DNA of 64,000 nucleotides, taken from Paraspadella gotoi (lineage: Eukaryota > Animalia > Chaetognatha). The translations under genes and the position numbers were made by a program. The notes under the pieces are model-generated. The model made no database searches. It saw only the letters and a list, made by a program, of their open reading frames with translations, and had not been told where the DNA came from. The stretch covers positions 14,519,918 to 14,583,917 of the forward strand of contig CM119269.1 of the NCBI GenBank assembly GCA_051294375.1, given 5' to 3'. Below, piece by piece: positions 1 through 13,995 of the stretch (positions are counted from its first letter, which is position 1; every line of letters starts with the position of its first letter).

Positions 1-1
1 C

Positions 2-944
2 CGCCATCTTCAGCACTTTCACATGAACATCGGCGGCCCCCGCGGCGGACGTTTCGCCGCCAATCCTTCTACGCCATCTCCTGGCGGCGTCGTCGTCCTT
101 CCATGGTATCTCCTCAACGAGGACGACGGCCACCGGATCAGGCATCCGTTCGCCCACGCCGCTTCCGGACGAGCGCGACCGGTAGCGCCGCCGCCGGAAG
201 CGGAAGGGTCGGGAGCGGAAGCTGAGGGTTCAGCAGCGGAACCTGAGGGTTCAGGAGCGGAAGCGGAGGGCTCTGGAGCGGAAGCGGACGGTTCAGCAGC
301 GGAGGTTGACGGGTCAGGAGAGGACGGGTCTGGATCAGAAACCCAGAATGAGCAGGAGTCTGGAGAAGATGAGTCGGAAGCCGATCGTCTTGCACCGGAT
401 AAGTCGGAAGCCAATCGCCCTGTACAGGATAAGTCGGAAGCCAATCGCCCTGTACAGGATGAGTCAGAAGCCGATCGCCCTCCACTCGATGAGTCGAAAG
501 CCAATCGCTTGGCACCGGATAGATCGGAATCCAATCGCCCTGTACAGGATGAGTCAGAAGCCGATCGCTCGGCACCAGATAAGTCAGGAACGGAATCGCA
601 CAAAGCGGCAGGAACTGAAACGACGTCGGTAGATTCAAAAACGGGTGCATGGGAAGCGGAAGTGACTTCAGTCTCTGGATTAGAAAACTCACAAACGACG
701 CATTCTCCAAAATTGGCCAATCACAGCGCGACTACTTACCCCTCAGCCAATCGCTACGTAGAAAACGATGACCGGGAAAACGAAAGTCTCAAAATGGTCG
801 AAAAGTTCGACGGCGAAAGAAACAGCGACGAAATCGTCGAAAACAGTGACGACAATCACAGAAACAGTGACCGCAATGACGATTCGAACCACGAAAACAA
901 ATACGGAAAAGAAAACGACGACAATATCACGGAGAACGACCGAT

Positions 945-984
<40 letters not shown>

Positions 985-1411
985 AAACGAATTTTACTCC
1001 GATAAAAATGACAATGACGATTTGGACAAAGAAGTTGTCCCAAAAAACGACGACGACGACCGCGAAAACAACGATTACGACAATAAAAACTACGACGACA
1101 ATTACGACGAAGACGACGATTATTACCCCAAGAAGAACGACGATTACGACGACAATTACGACGACGAAATCTCCCGCGAAAGCGAAGAGGATTTCTCCAA
1201 CTTCCCGCCAGAGTCCGCCTTCTTCCCTCGTCCCGCGGGTCCGAAGGGAAAAAACAAAAGCGTAAATTATTACCGCCATTCGGCGCCCGTGCCCGAGGAC
1301 TCGGCCGACGCGGCCGCCAATTCCGCCGACGCCTCCGCCTCTTCAACCGTCAACCTCGAACTTTCTCTCGCGCTCCTCGCGCTCCGCCTCATTTCTCGAT
1401 CTTCGATCTGA
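2..1411 (+). CDS. 3'-terminal exon (5'-partial) of an acidic low-complexity, probably GPI-anchored proteoglycan-like surface protein
   Basis: Frame is open from the window edge (RHLQHFHMN...) to TGA at 1411. It has in-frame 21-bp and 30-bp repeats, five (E/D)GSG motifs and a Asp/Asn/Tyr-rich tract. It ends in small residues plus a hydrophobic tail (ASASSTVNLELSLALLALRLISRSSI), followed by AT-rich 3'UTR-like sequence with AATAAA near 1748. Confidence 0.65.
196..335 (+). repeat. Coding 21-bp tandem repeat (AEAEGSG-like, about 6 degenerate units)
   Basis: Recurring gcggaagc(g/t)gagggttc/ctctgga units, in frame with the ORF. Confidence 0.8.
368..600 (+). repeat. Coding 30-bp tandem repeat (D[KE]SEA[ND]RPVQ), 7 full units plus a partial
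   Basis: Units such as gataagtcggaagccaatcgccctgtacag start at 368, 398, 428, 458, 488, 518, 548 and 578. Confidence 0.9.
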
Positions 1412-2822
1412 ATTTCCCTCGATTTCTTATTTAATTTCATTTGATTTTTTTTTTCTCTCGCCAGATTCGCTTGTTCTTATGTTTCACAGTTCGCTGAATT
1501 ATATTATTATAATTATGTGTTTTTAATTATTTTTAAAGAGTTTATTTTTTGTTTTGACGATCGTCGCTGCTCGTTAAACTCGTTGATTTCGGACCGTTTC
1601 GAGTATGAAATATTCTAAATAATATGATTTATTTATTTAACTTACATAAAAATGACAACTCATTATCTTGATTAAAATGGAAGTCTGAAGTGGGGAGTAT
1701 GAGCGAGCGCGTTCGACCCTTTCCTCTTTTGTGTTTTTGTCATAAGATAATAAATCTTTTTTTTTTTCAGAAAATCCTTTTTAGTTTGGTTTACTTTTAA
1801 TTTGAAAGTCAGTTTTATTTTTGTAAGAAATAGATCGTGTTCTTAGTCGTTAAGGGAACGGTCTGCTACGAAAGTCGTTTATGACTATTTTATTACATTT
1901 TTTTTATTGTTTAAATTTTTGTTGTGCCCGACGCCGATTTCCCCTTCAATACAATAGCTGAAGCGGAAGGATAAAAAGACGGAATTTACTTCTTACCTAA
2001 TCAATACTAAATACTGTAGCAAAGCATTCAATATTGCCGCCCGCCTGAGTCCATCAGCGCAGCCCCGTTTGCGTAAGAGTGAGAATTCACTCTTCCTACC
2101 AAGCGGTCTTAGGTTCGCGCCCCTTTGGTGTCAATGTTAGTAAGCGAGATGGGACGTCTAACCCACCTTACGAGGCTGGCTGCAGTCAGATTCGAAGTTC
2201 TGAAACTGCCAAATAACAGACGGTAATTTGTCTCGTCGTGTGGCACTAAAATACTTAATTATTGATACATTTGCGAAAGCAATAGCTTCGTTGTCTCTTC
2301 CATCTTCGCTCACTTTATTGCAGGCAAGAATTTTCTCTTTTTTTATTGACCTCCGACGCCAAATAGCGAACCGCCGCCCCGCCGCCGCCCCGCCGCCGCC
2401 CTCCAACGCCACCGCCAAACGCCCGTTCGATTTGGACGCCAATAAACTCGACTTTGTTTTCCTTTCGCCAAACTTTTCAAAACTGTTTTGCTTTCTTTCT
2501 TTTTCTCTCTTTCTCTCTGTCTTTCTTTCTTTCCATAAATTGGTCATTTTTTCCTTTTCTTTTTCTTTCATTCTTTTTAATTTTTTCCCCATTTCTTTCT
2601 TCACCTTTTCTCGGTCTTTGTCTTCTGACTTTTATGTCTCCCTTTCGCTCTTTTTTTTTCTCTCGCTTTTTCCGCCTTTCGTTTTATCATCTCATCAATC
2701 CTTCAATTTTCCGATTTCACGCTACACAATCGCCTCAACTCGTTTTTCGTCCTGTTTCATATATCATTCGACTTTTCCATCATTCCCAGCCTGTCTGTAT
2801 GAGTTATTGTAAGTCTCTCTCT

Positions 2823-2903
<81 letters not shown>

Positions 2904-3128
2904 CAATGTGTTTTCCCTTCCAAAAGCCACCTCTCTTTTTTTTCTATACGCAGTACGCACATATTTCTCTCCTTTTCAATTTTTCAGCGTTAACTTCGCG
3001 CTAAAATGTGTCGTTTTTTTTCATAATTTCACTAATTCACTCACTCTCACTCTCTCTTTCCCTTTCTCTGTCTCTTTCCGTTTCTCCGCTGTCTCTCTCT
3101 CCCTCTCTATCACTCATCGCTTCATCAG

Positions 3129-6100
3129 TATGATCCGATAGAGGACTGGGACGCCGACTACGAAGGCGGCGGCATGGATTTCGCCAAAGCCTCGATTCCT
3201 TCCGTTGCTAAGGACGCGGCAACCGTCACGGACCCAAGCAACAATCTCCTAGGTGAATTAGGGAAAATTAAAGACAAAGCGACATAATAACAAAAAAAGG
3301 CAATGATTCTTTATTTAATTAATGCTAATGTTATACATATGTTATTTGTTCCCGCTCAGTGGTACATGGATATACTGTAACTTTTCCATGTTTAGGATGT
3401 TAAAAAATACGTAACAAAATAGAATAAAATAATTCAAACATTTCACCAATTTTACCCCCTCTCTCCTTTAATCCGTCAGGCGGAACCTGCCTGTTGGCCT
3501 TCATCGAGTGTCGCCTGGATCCTCAATGTCGAGCGGCCATCGTCGACCTATTCGTCGCCTGTCGGGTGCTCAGGTGATGGCGGAGGCGTAATTTATTTCG
3601 GAAATATTCAAGGGGGATGTTGATTCGGACTTAAAATCAAAAGCGAATTAAACTTTAAATCCTGTTATTAATCACGCTTAAAATCCGGATCGGAGATGGT
3701 TCTTTAAAATGGGTCGCGTTCGAAAATAAAAATTAAAAACCCAAGTTGAAAACGAGAAAACTCGTGATCGGAAGCGGCGGAAGGGAAAAAAAACCAGCGA
3801 TTGCGACTTGAAAACGGAAAAGATCGCAAATTTTCAATTTAATTTGAGATTCCGAAAAAAACCTCAAGATTTCTCCGACTGAAGGAAATGAGGAGAGGGA
3901 TGAGACGAGTCGTGGAGAAGGAACGGATTGAAAAATCTTTTTTTAAAAAGAACATCGACGCCCCCTTCCGCTTGCCCCCCCCCAACGATTCCGAGTTTCG
4001 TAAAATTTAAAAATGCGAGCCGAGAAAAAAATATTGAAATATATTCACTGAGGACCTTTTCCGCGGTATTTTTTTTTTTTTTTTTTAGACGAGGGCGCCT
4101 TTGCAACGCCACCATCTGCCGGGAAGCGGTGATGTCTTTCTACGCTTCGGTTCACATATCACACGCCAAGGCGCTCGCCTTCTGCAGATGTCAATCCGGT
4201 GAGAAGGAGAGCGAAGGGTTCACCATCGGAGCTTCTCATTCACGCATAAGAAACAAGCCGGGGATTTTTTTTTTTTTTTTTCAAAGGGCAACGAGCCTTT
4301 GTTGTTTGGAGTAAAGGAAAAGAAAGAAAGGAGGGCAAGGACGGGGGAAGAGTGAGAGAGACAGAGACAGAGACAGAGAGACAGAGACAGAGAGAAGCAC
4401 ATTAGAAAAGCGAGTATAGACTCGTTTTCCTCTTCAACAGGAAATCGCCAGTGCGAGTGGATCCGGTCCGGGTTGGACCCTCCTTGCCTCACCGAAGGAA
4501 CTTACCCGCTTCCCGCCTGCGAGGATTTAGATCAAGATTGCAGAGAGGATCCGAACTGCATGTGAGTCGCGAGCTGAGTCAGTCAGTCACGCAAAAATCC
4601 AATGCCCCAGACACATCTTTATTCGAATTAAAAAAATGAATGATTCAGTACAAGCCTTTTCAAAAACAGGCAAGCGTTTGTGCGGCAAATACATATACGT
4701 ATGGCAATACATATATTATCGTCAAGTTGTAAAAAATAGTTCATGAATAATAAAAAATTAATAAACCAATAAATTTATAAACGAAAGCATCGATTTGTTT
4801 GTTAGAATTCCATGTTTACTTATGAACAAACCCTCCATTCAATCAAGCCCCATCAATTATCAAACCTCACCTTTTACCCCATCATTTTCCCTTTCCACTC
4901 CATCAAACGCCGCCCCGTCATCCTCACCATCCATCGCCATCCCGACTCCATCATCCAAACTCCACCCCGACCCCCAACTCGCTCGTCCAGGAGCCGTTTG
5001 GAGGATTTCACTCAGTTTTGCTTGGAGGAGACGCGAACCTCGAAGTGCCTTCGATCGCCGACGGAATGCCAGAGGGCGCTGGTGGCGCTGGTGGGCGCGC
5101 CGGTGCCGGGCCGCCAAAACTGCACCTGCCCGCCGCCCAATCAGCGGAGGGCGGGCGGCGGCGGCGGCGGCGAGGTTGACGACGCCCACGCCGCCTGCCT
5201 TCATCGTCAGCGGAGATTCGCCGCCAATAAATGCGCGGGTAGAAAATGATTCATTAGTTAATTCGTTTTGTTTTGTTTTCTATTTTAAAATATTGGAAAA
5301 AAAATATTGAAATTAATATTTGCGGAATAATAAATCTCTGATCTTATTATTATATTACATCATAGATAATATCATCGCAGGAAATAAATCATAATCATAA
5401 TGATTAAGTATTATTGACAGAACAAAGTCGGAACATGTTCGAATCCGCTTACATCTCCAAAGCCACGTCGGCCGATTTGCGGCGGAGCGTTCCGTCGTCG
5501 TCTTCGTCGTCTTCGTCGTCGCCCTCGTCGTCTTCGTCGTCGCCCTCGCCGCCTTTTTCGTCGTCGTCGCCTTCCTCGTCGTCGTCGTCGTCGTCGTTCG
5601 ATGCGACGACGACGACAATGTTCTCCGTCACGGAAGAATCGACCGCCTCGTCGACTTCGGTCGTCGTCAAGACTAGAGGTTGGCGTTTTTTGTTTTTGTT
5701 TTTTTTTTGCTGTTGTTGTTGTTTTTGTTTTACAGAATGTTTCTTTAATTGATATCAAATAATATTTAGTTTAGGCCTTGGCCTTATATGAGACTTCGCC
5801 TAACATGTTCGGAAGTATGTGGTAGCATAAGAGCAGAATACGGTTTGCTGGGATCTTATGGCTTACCTTTAAATCACAGCCAGCAGTCCCGCGCCTGCGC
5901 CTGTTGCCTCGAGTTGAGGAAAATAAAGATCCCAGAGTGACTGGTCGCCCTTTCAATATGTTAGCCCGTCATTGAGATCACGAATAATACAATTTTTTTT
6001 AAAAAATCCTATTTTTGCGCAACTTTATCTGATTATTTTCCCCTCGTCTTTTAGGAAACATTTAATTTCTAAATGTTTTTTTGGGGGTTTTTTTTTCAAC

Positions 6101-6415
6101 ATTCTAAATTTTGTAATTGGCGTTTGACAATGGGCAATTGAGTTGTCTATTCAAGTCTATTTAAAAGAGTTTTTTTTTTTTTTTAAATCCAACTGTGTTG
6201 ATAATTAAGCCTTTTTTTTTCACTCCCACCTGCCAGAGGACTAGAGGCCCTTTTGTTTACTTTCAATGACTCTTGTTATTCGCAGGGGACTCTTGTCTTT
6301 TGTTTACAAACGGTGATCATTTAATATCCGACGCGTCGTCGACTTCAACAGAGGCCGGTTTAGTGGAAGGTAAGCGGCGTAATATGTCCTTTATTTATTG
6401 ATTTATTTATTAGCT

Positions 6416-6446
<31 letters not shown>

Positions 6447-6553
6447 TATTGATTTATTGATTGATAGATTTTTTTTTTTAAATTTATTTATTTATTTATT
6501 ATCTATTTATTTATTTATTTATTTATTTATTTATAGATTATTATTTTCATTAA

Positions 6554-6595
<42 letters not shown>

Positions 6596-7916
6596 TATTC
6601 TTATTTATTTATTTATTTATTTTTTTATTTATTTATTTATTTATTTATTAATTTATTGATTTATTGAGTTATTGATTTATTGATATATTTATTGATTTAT
6701 TGATTTATTTTTTAATTTATATATTAATTTATTTATTTTTAATCTTAATTACTGATGCAGGCGACGCGGGCTCAAACCTCACGAAGTCTCCGACTTCCCC
6801 GTCAGTCAGGGTAAATTAATTCGAATGCGTCTGTCTGCGTGTCTGCCTATTTGTCTGTCTGTCTTTGTAACCTGTACGTGAGTCGCGTAATTTTAATTAT
6901 AGAATAAAAACATAANNNNNNNNNNATTTATTTCTTAACAGAGGATCAGACGAGGGAAATCCTCTCGGGCTCAAAATGGCGCCGACGAAAACCGATCGCC
7001 GTTCCGATGGCAAAAAATGGCAAAAATTGCCGAAATGGGGGGAAAAAATGGCAGGAATATGGAACTATTGCGAAACGGAATTGGGAGTGACAAAAGTGTC
7101 CAAAATAAATTCGAGATCTAATTTAAGTTTAGTTTTAGTTCAACGATTTATTTTTTTCATTGATCTGAGAAGTATGTATGTATAAAAAAAGAGGGGAGGG
7201 GGGGAAGAAAGAAAGAAAAAAGAAAGAAAGAAAGAAAAGAATAGAAAGAAAGAAAGAAGAAAAAAGAAGAAAGAAGAAAGAAAGAAAAGAAAGAATAAAA
7301 AAAAGAAAAAAAAGAAAAAGAAGAATCCTCCAAAAAAATACCCGAAAAAAGAAAAATAAGTATTAAAAAGTAGAGAAAACCAAAAAAAAAAGAAAAAAAG
7401 AAGTGGTTGGAATGAAAATTGGAAATTTGGCGCCAGGCGAGAGACAGCGCCGCCGATCGTGCGGAAGCGAAACAAACGAGCAAAACAGGAAAGGGGGAAA
7501 AAAATCGCAAACAAAAGGAACGCGGAAAATGCGAAAGGGAAAAAAAAGCTCCTCGTCGTCATGACGACGAGGGGTTCGGATTTTTCTTTCTTTCTTTCTT
7601 TCTTTCTTTCTCTCTTTCTTTATTTTCCTTTTTTCGTTCTCAAGTATTCGTCATCGTCATTTCATCCATCAGTTTCGTTGTCGTCTTCGTCTTCCCCCTT
7701 GCTTTGTTGTTGTTGTTGTCGTTGTTCTTAGTCGACACAGAAGATGAACTTTGGATAAAAAGAATCTCCTTTTTTTCTTTTTTTCTTTTTATATATTCGA
7801 ATCGAAAGTAGCGACAACTGTTTTCAAAATATCCGACTCGATGCTACAAAATCGTCGTCATCATTGTCGACTTTCCCGATGATAACCTCAGTAGAAGATC
7901 AGGAAAAAACAGCTGG

Positions 7917-7958
<42 letters not shown>

Positions 7959-9657
7959 CAGAGAAACGTCTTCGGTTCATCCTCAACTCCGTGAATTTTC
8001 TTCTTCCAAAATCTCCCATCCTTTTTTTAAAAGGTTCACTTATTTTCGAGAGCGCGAAAATTTCATCCAGAGTTCTTTAAACGTCATCCAAAAAGGAGTG
8101 TCACCCTAAGAGCGCTGCTTGTAATCAACACTCTGGCGTGGCTAGGGGTAGAGGCACTCAGCTCGGTTTTTCGCCACCTTTAAAGGTTATTTTGAAATTT
8201 TTTCCATAAAATTTTAATTTTTTAACCTTTTTTTTTTTTCAAATTCCCTCTTATAACTTCTTTTTCCATTTAATTCTATTTTCTTCGTTTCTTATCTTTT
8301 TTCCGCTTACGAGAGTATAGTCGCTTTTCTCTTGCTGTTCGCATCTTTGCTTTATGCTTCCATGCGTCCAGCTTGCCGCGACTTGCCTGATTTCCACTTT
8401 CCTGCCTTTCTCCATCCTAATCCTGCTTTTTCTTTCTCGCCTGTCTTCCGTTATTCTTTCTATTTCTTTCCCTTCTATGTCTTCCTTTTTTCCGTCTTTC
8501 GTTTTCCTTCCTTTCTGCTTCCTGCCTTTTGCTATCCTGCTATGCGTTTGCTCAGTTGTTTCCATTTTCCAGCCTTCCGTGTTTTCTGCTTTCTGGCCTT
8601 TTGCTCTTCTCTCTTCAGTTTTCCAGCCTTCCGCTTTCCTGCCTTCCGCTTCCCTGCCTTCCGCTTCTCTGCCTTCCACTTTCCTGCCATCCACTTCCAC
8701 ATCTTCCGCTTCCTCATCTTCAGCTTCCCCACCTTCCGCTTTCCATCCTCACGTATTCGAACCGAAAATAAACCTGGATCCTGAGAAGTTGCTCACTGAA
8801 GAGTGGATGGGCGGAGAGAATGGTGAGAGAGCGCAGGGTGAGGTGGGGAGGTGGAGGGTGAGGTGAGAGGGTGGAGGATGAGGTGGGATGGTAGAGGGGG
8901 ACTGTAAGGGTGGTGGATGGTGAGGCTTCGTGGCCATCGATCCAAAATGGCGTCGATAAAAACAGGTCGGGTATGGTTGGGTCGGAAAGAGGAGTCGATA
9001 GAAAGAAGAGGAGCGAAAATGATAGAGATGGAGTCGAGGAGAGAGAAGGGATTGGAGTTGAAGAGCGAGATAGAGTCATATCCATAACCGCCTCCCACCT
9101 TCCGCGATCTGAGGTCGAATAATAATTATTTTTCGGNNNNNNNNNNNNNNNNNNNNNNNNNAATTTTTTTTTTTTTTTTTTTTTTTTTTGTGGATTCGCG
9201 TTTTCGCAACTAATTCGGCCTCCCTGATTTCGACGCCTTCTCCGCCGCTGCAGCCGCCGCCTTCTCCGCCGCCATCCGAAATTACCGCCGCCTAACGTCG
9301 CGGCGTTTCTGCCTCGCCTCAAACGAGGCGGCGGGGCGGCGGCGGCGGAGGCGCGGCGGCGGCGAGGCGGCGGCGGCGGAGGCGCGGCGGCGAGGCGGAG
9401 AATATCGGAATTTTTTCATCGCATCGATCTTCGTTTCCCCGCAATTCGGTCTCTTCTCTTCTCGCCCCCTCAACACCCCAATCGCCTTCCAGCGCCCCAA
9501 ACCACTCCCCCCCACTTAGACCGAGCCTCTGGCCCCATTGTTTCAACCCCATTCCATAGAGGCTTTCTTATTTTCCTCTTACTCTCACATAGAATTCTGT
9601 GTATATTCTCGCTCCAAGTAACCCTCACTTCTTTTAACCCCTACCACTATATAGTAT

Positions 9658-9750
<93 letters not shown>

Positions 9751-9923
9751 TCACTTCTTTCTTCTCCTTCCATCGTCATCGTATAACGCGAATTACATCC
9801 GGTCCCGATATTCGATTTTCAATTTCATCCGGGGACGAAAAAGACGTCGAGTCGTTCATTAGGAATTCCTGGCGCGGGGCGAAACGCGGCGCCGTGCAGG
9901 GAAAGAAGAGGAGAGATAGAGAG

Positions 9924-10004
<81 letters not shown>

Positions 10005-13000
10005 AGAAGCGCGACGAAGTTTAAACGTGGCAGCTTGCGAACAATTCCGCTACCCAAAACATTCGCCGGATTCCAATTTTGATAAAAAATAAAAAAAAGG
10101 AGGGAGGAAGAAGTCCCGACGCAGCCTTTCGGCGTCGTATTTCGACGAAGCTTATTGGCGCCGCTTTTGGGCGCTGCTCTTTGCCGCCTTTCAGCGCCGC
10201 ATTCCGAAGCCAATTTTTTGACGCCCTCTTTTGATTTTTTTTTTGGGGTGAAGTGGTCTTGAGTAACGTCGAAGAATCAGTCACAATAGAAATGAGACAA
10301 GATTAGCGAAAACAATAAATTTAGCCTGAACTTTTTTTATTCGGAAAAGAGAGAAATTCATTACGAGCGATTGAAAGAATTCTATTTGACAGAATCAAGG
10401 GCAACAGAGACCTCTCATTTAGTTTTATTCAAATTTGGGAGACAATATGGTCTTTTCATCGTTAAATAAGCAAAAAAAAGTTTAAACACTCGTCGGAATG
10501 TTAATTTAATTTTTAATTTTAAAAATTAAGTGAAAAAGCAACTCAAATATTTTGACTGTATTTTTCTATAATTTTCTAATGAATTTATTGATTGAACCAA
10601 CATTACAAGCCAGTGATGAAGTTTCAACAAACTTTACTTTTCCATCCACCAATCTCTAGGTCTACACTGAAGACAAGGGTTGCTCGCTGGAATGCTCGTG
10701 CAGGGCCGCAGTCCAGTTGGAGTTGCCAGTCGATGCCTTGCCTCACTCAAGGACAATGCCAACTCCAACATGCCATTTACGGTGAGACTCTATTATCAGT
10801 CATACCAAAGTAATATAATACTTCATACTATAAATAAATATTAAAAAAAACTATACTTATATCCTTCAATCTTCGACTGAGATTTATTTAAAAACTATAC
10901 TATTTATTTAAAAAACTATACTATTATTTAAAAACTCATACTTATAATCCTTCAATCTCGACTGAGATTTATTTTGAATTTCTGTCCGACTTCCTCTTTC
11001 ATTTACCCCCTTTTGAAACGGATTTCATTGACTGCTGTTCACCAGATGGTTGAACCCCATGCATCGTCGTCGTCGTCATCGTCGACTTTCCTCGTCATTT
11101 TTTATTCCGCGCCATTTTTCCCTTCTTCCGGTTTTTGGCGCCGATTTTTCGTCCACGGTCCACCCGCTGCGCTCCTCCTATTTCCCCTCCCTCCTTATCT
11201 CCTCCTTCTCCTCCTTTCCATCCTTTTTTCTCCTCTTTACTCCCTTCCTTTTCCCTTTCCCTTATTTTCTCGGTTCCTCCCTCTATTTTGTCGTACCTTA
11301 ACAAGTTGCCTTTAGAATTTCTCTAAATAATTCTTCTTTTTTTCTTTCTCAATTTTCCTTCTTTTATCTTTTTCATAAGTCCATCTTTTCTCTCTTTGAT
11401 TTTATATTTTCTTCTTTTTCCAATTTCTTTTTTTCCTTTGTTCCCCTTCGCGTCTTACTCTTTAAATTCTTCTTTCTACCTTTCCAGCCTTCATCCTACT
11501 TCCTCCTTTTTCCTCCCTTCTTTCATCTTTCCTCCCACCTTCCTCCTTTCCCCCTCCTTTCTTCTTCTTCGTCTTCTTCATTATTTTCTCAGTCTTCATC
11601 CGGATCTTTGTTCCACTTTGATTATCTCTTTCTCTCCTTCGACCTGATGGTGCACATTCTGTACTTTCACCATTCTTTCTATCCCTCGTTGCTCGACATT
11701 TCATTTTCTTTCTTTGCCTCTCTTTCTCTCCCTTTTTTATCTTTCTTTCCTTTTTCTTCTCTTTATTCTTTCTTTCTTTCTTTCTTTTTTTTTTCTTTCT
11801 TTTATTTTTTTTCTTTCTACGACGTCACTTTTTGTTTGTTTGTCTGTTTGTTGGTTGTTTTTTTTTCTTTCTTCTCTTTTTTCTTTTTTTTCGCCATTCT
11901 TCTGGTTTTTCCTATAACTTTTAATTGGCTTTGTTTGTTTGTTTATTTCTTTTTATTGCCTCTATAGACCCCCTATTCTTCGCTCCATTATTCCCTCATA
12001 ACTTTTACTTTGACATCGTTTCGTTCCTCCAGTGAGAAATCACTCTTCATTTCTCACACATTTAACTAAGTTTAAAGCTCTACCAACTGTCCAAAATCCT
12101 GCTGATTTGACCTCGAAAGCTATCCAACCCTACTATATTTGTTCTTTCTTGATTGTTTATCTCCCTACCCGCATTCCTTGCCAGAACTCTTCTCATTCCT
12201 CTGCCCTCCAAATCTTTGCGTCTTGCTTCTTGGCAGCTTACTACCACGTATTTTTTTAATTCATTAAAATCATTTTTCGTTTATCATATTATCATTTCAT
12301 TTCGTTCTTATCTCACTTCTCATCGCACTTTCCTTTACTGTCTAGCCGTTGACTTTCTTTCTCTCTCCTTTCCTTTCCTTTTTTTTTTTCTTTTTTTCTT
12401 CTCTCCTTTCCTTTCCTTTTCTTTCTCCTTCTTTTCTTCTCTCCTTACTTTTCAGTTTCTTTCTCTTTCTTATTTTCGTTTTACCTCCTTCCTCACCCCC
12501 TCTTCTTCGAAACCCCCCGCATCCCCCTCCGTTCTCCAATGCTCCACTTTCCCCTCCGTTCTTCCAATGCTCCACTTTCCCCCCCCCTTCGTTCTCGCTT
12601 CCCGATTTGTCCGGTCACCTAACGATGTTTACTTTCCTTCTCTCCGGAATTCCTGCCGAGATTTTCCGGCCGGGACATCGGCGGCGGCGCGGCGTCGCGT
12701 CGGCAAATAGCGGTCATGGGAAGAAAATCATCGGATATGTTCGCGTTTTCAGCGACGACAACAACGACAACGACAACAACAACTTTTGCGACTGTCGATC
12801 CGACTTATCGAGATATATATATTATATAATATATATATATATATCTACGAAACAGGACGAGTGGACTTTTCGAGGCAACAGTTCTGACTTCTTTTCAACA
12901 ATAAAATTTTCCTTCCTGAGACGGAATTAACGATAATAAAGATATCTTTCAAATCTATTGCCAATATGCAACTACAATTCATAGAACTGAATAGGTTGGC

Positions 13001-13920
13001 CCGTTTGAAGTTCTAAAACAATAAGAAACGCGGTTTGACTCACTTCGTCACAAGTAGTTGTGGGTCCCAAAGTTCGATGTTCGAACTGGTCACATCAGCA
13101 TCTCACTTCCATCACCTTTTCTTAGAATGAGCAGACGCAATCGAAAACGCGCGTCGGGAGTCGAGACTCCGAAGTGGAGATTGAAGGACGCAGAAAAAAA
13201 AAAAGGAAACGGCAATTTCAATGTGTTGCGCCGAATTGACTCTCTAAATACCCTATTTTATTTCTATCACGTAATTATGCAAGTATAAAATGTATAAATA
13301 AACTGCGATTAATGATACCTGAGCTCTCTAGCGAGTAATAACCAAACTAATTCATATAAATTATACCCAAATAAATTATTGCTGTTTGATCGCATTTACT
13401 ATTTATCTTTTAAAAATACTTTCTAAGACGATACTGATAGATGGATAGACCGGCAGACAGACGACGGAAAGTGACTTACAGAGTTGCTCCGCGAAGTGCT
13501 CTCGCGTACCTAAGAAAAACTCTGCCTATCTCTCATTCGCTTCTTCAACACTCCACGCCTCTCGATCTTTAAAGACTTTTTTTTTGCGTTGGAAGGAAAG
13601 GTCCTCCACTTTTACTGAAATGAGAGTTGTGTCACGTATATTGCGCGGTGACTGATCGGTTTCAACCCCTGCAAAGGAGCAGCCGCTGGGGGTGTGGGCT
13701 ACGGGTAGGGTCGGAAAGAATGGTAAGGACAAAAGACAAGGGAGGAGGAAAAAATGATGATTAGGAATGGATCATCCCAAAGGTCTCGTCGTCGTCGTCG
13801 TCGTCGTCGTCATATTCAATGTGAGGATCTTTGCGACGGAGTTTGTCGATGGAATTCCCGCCGGTGCAGTAGGGGGGGGGGCGTTGGTGTATGCGTTCTC
13901 TGGCGTTCTCTGATGGCGAG

Positions 13921-13995
<75 letters not shown>

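Noticed and set aside
368-600. Regular 30-bp repeats reminiscent of a CRISPR array
   Set aside because: Head-to-tail units without spacers, in frame within a eukaryotic ORF.
2040-2190. tRNA-like segment with ggttcgcgccc; a similar weak signal lies at 24045-24090
   Set aside because: No cloverleaf can be folded; at best a decayed SINE, too weak to call.
2700-2814. GTAAGT donor at 2809 as a possible upstream Gfrl coding exon
   Set aside because: No reading phase joins it to 3129 or 3142 without a stop; it may be UTR or contain an indel error.
10612-10671. Box C (GTGATGA) and box D (CTGA) of a possible snoRNA
   Set aside because: Box D lies in a coding exon, there is no terminal stem, and box C differs in copy 2.
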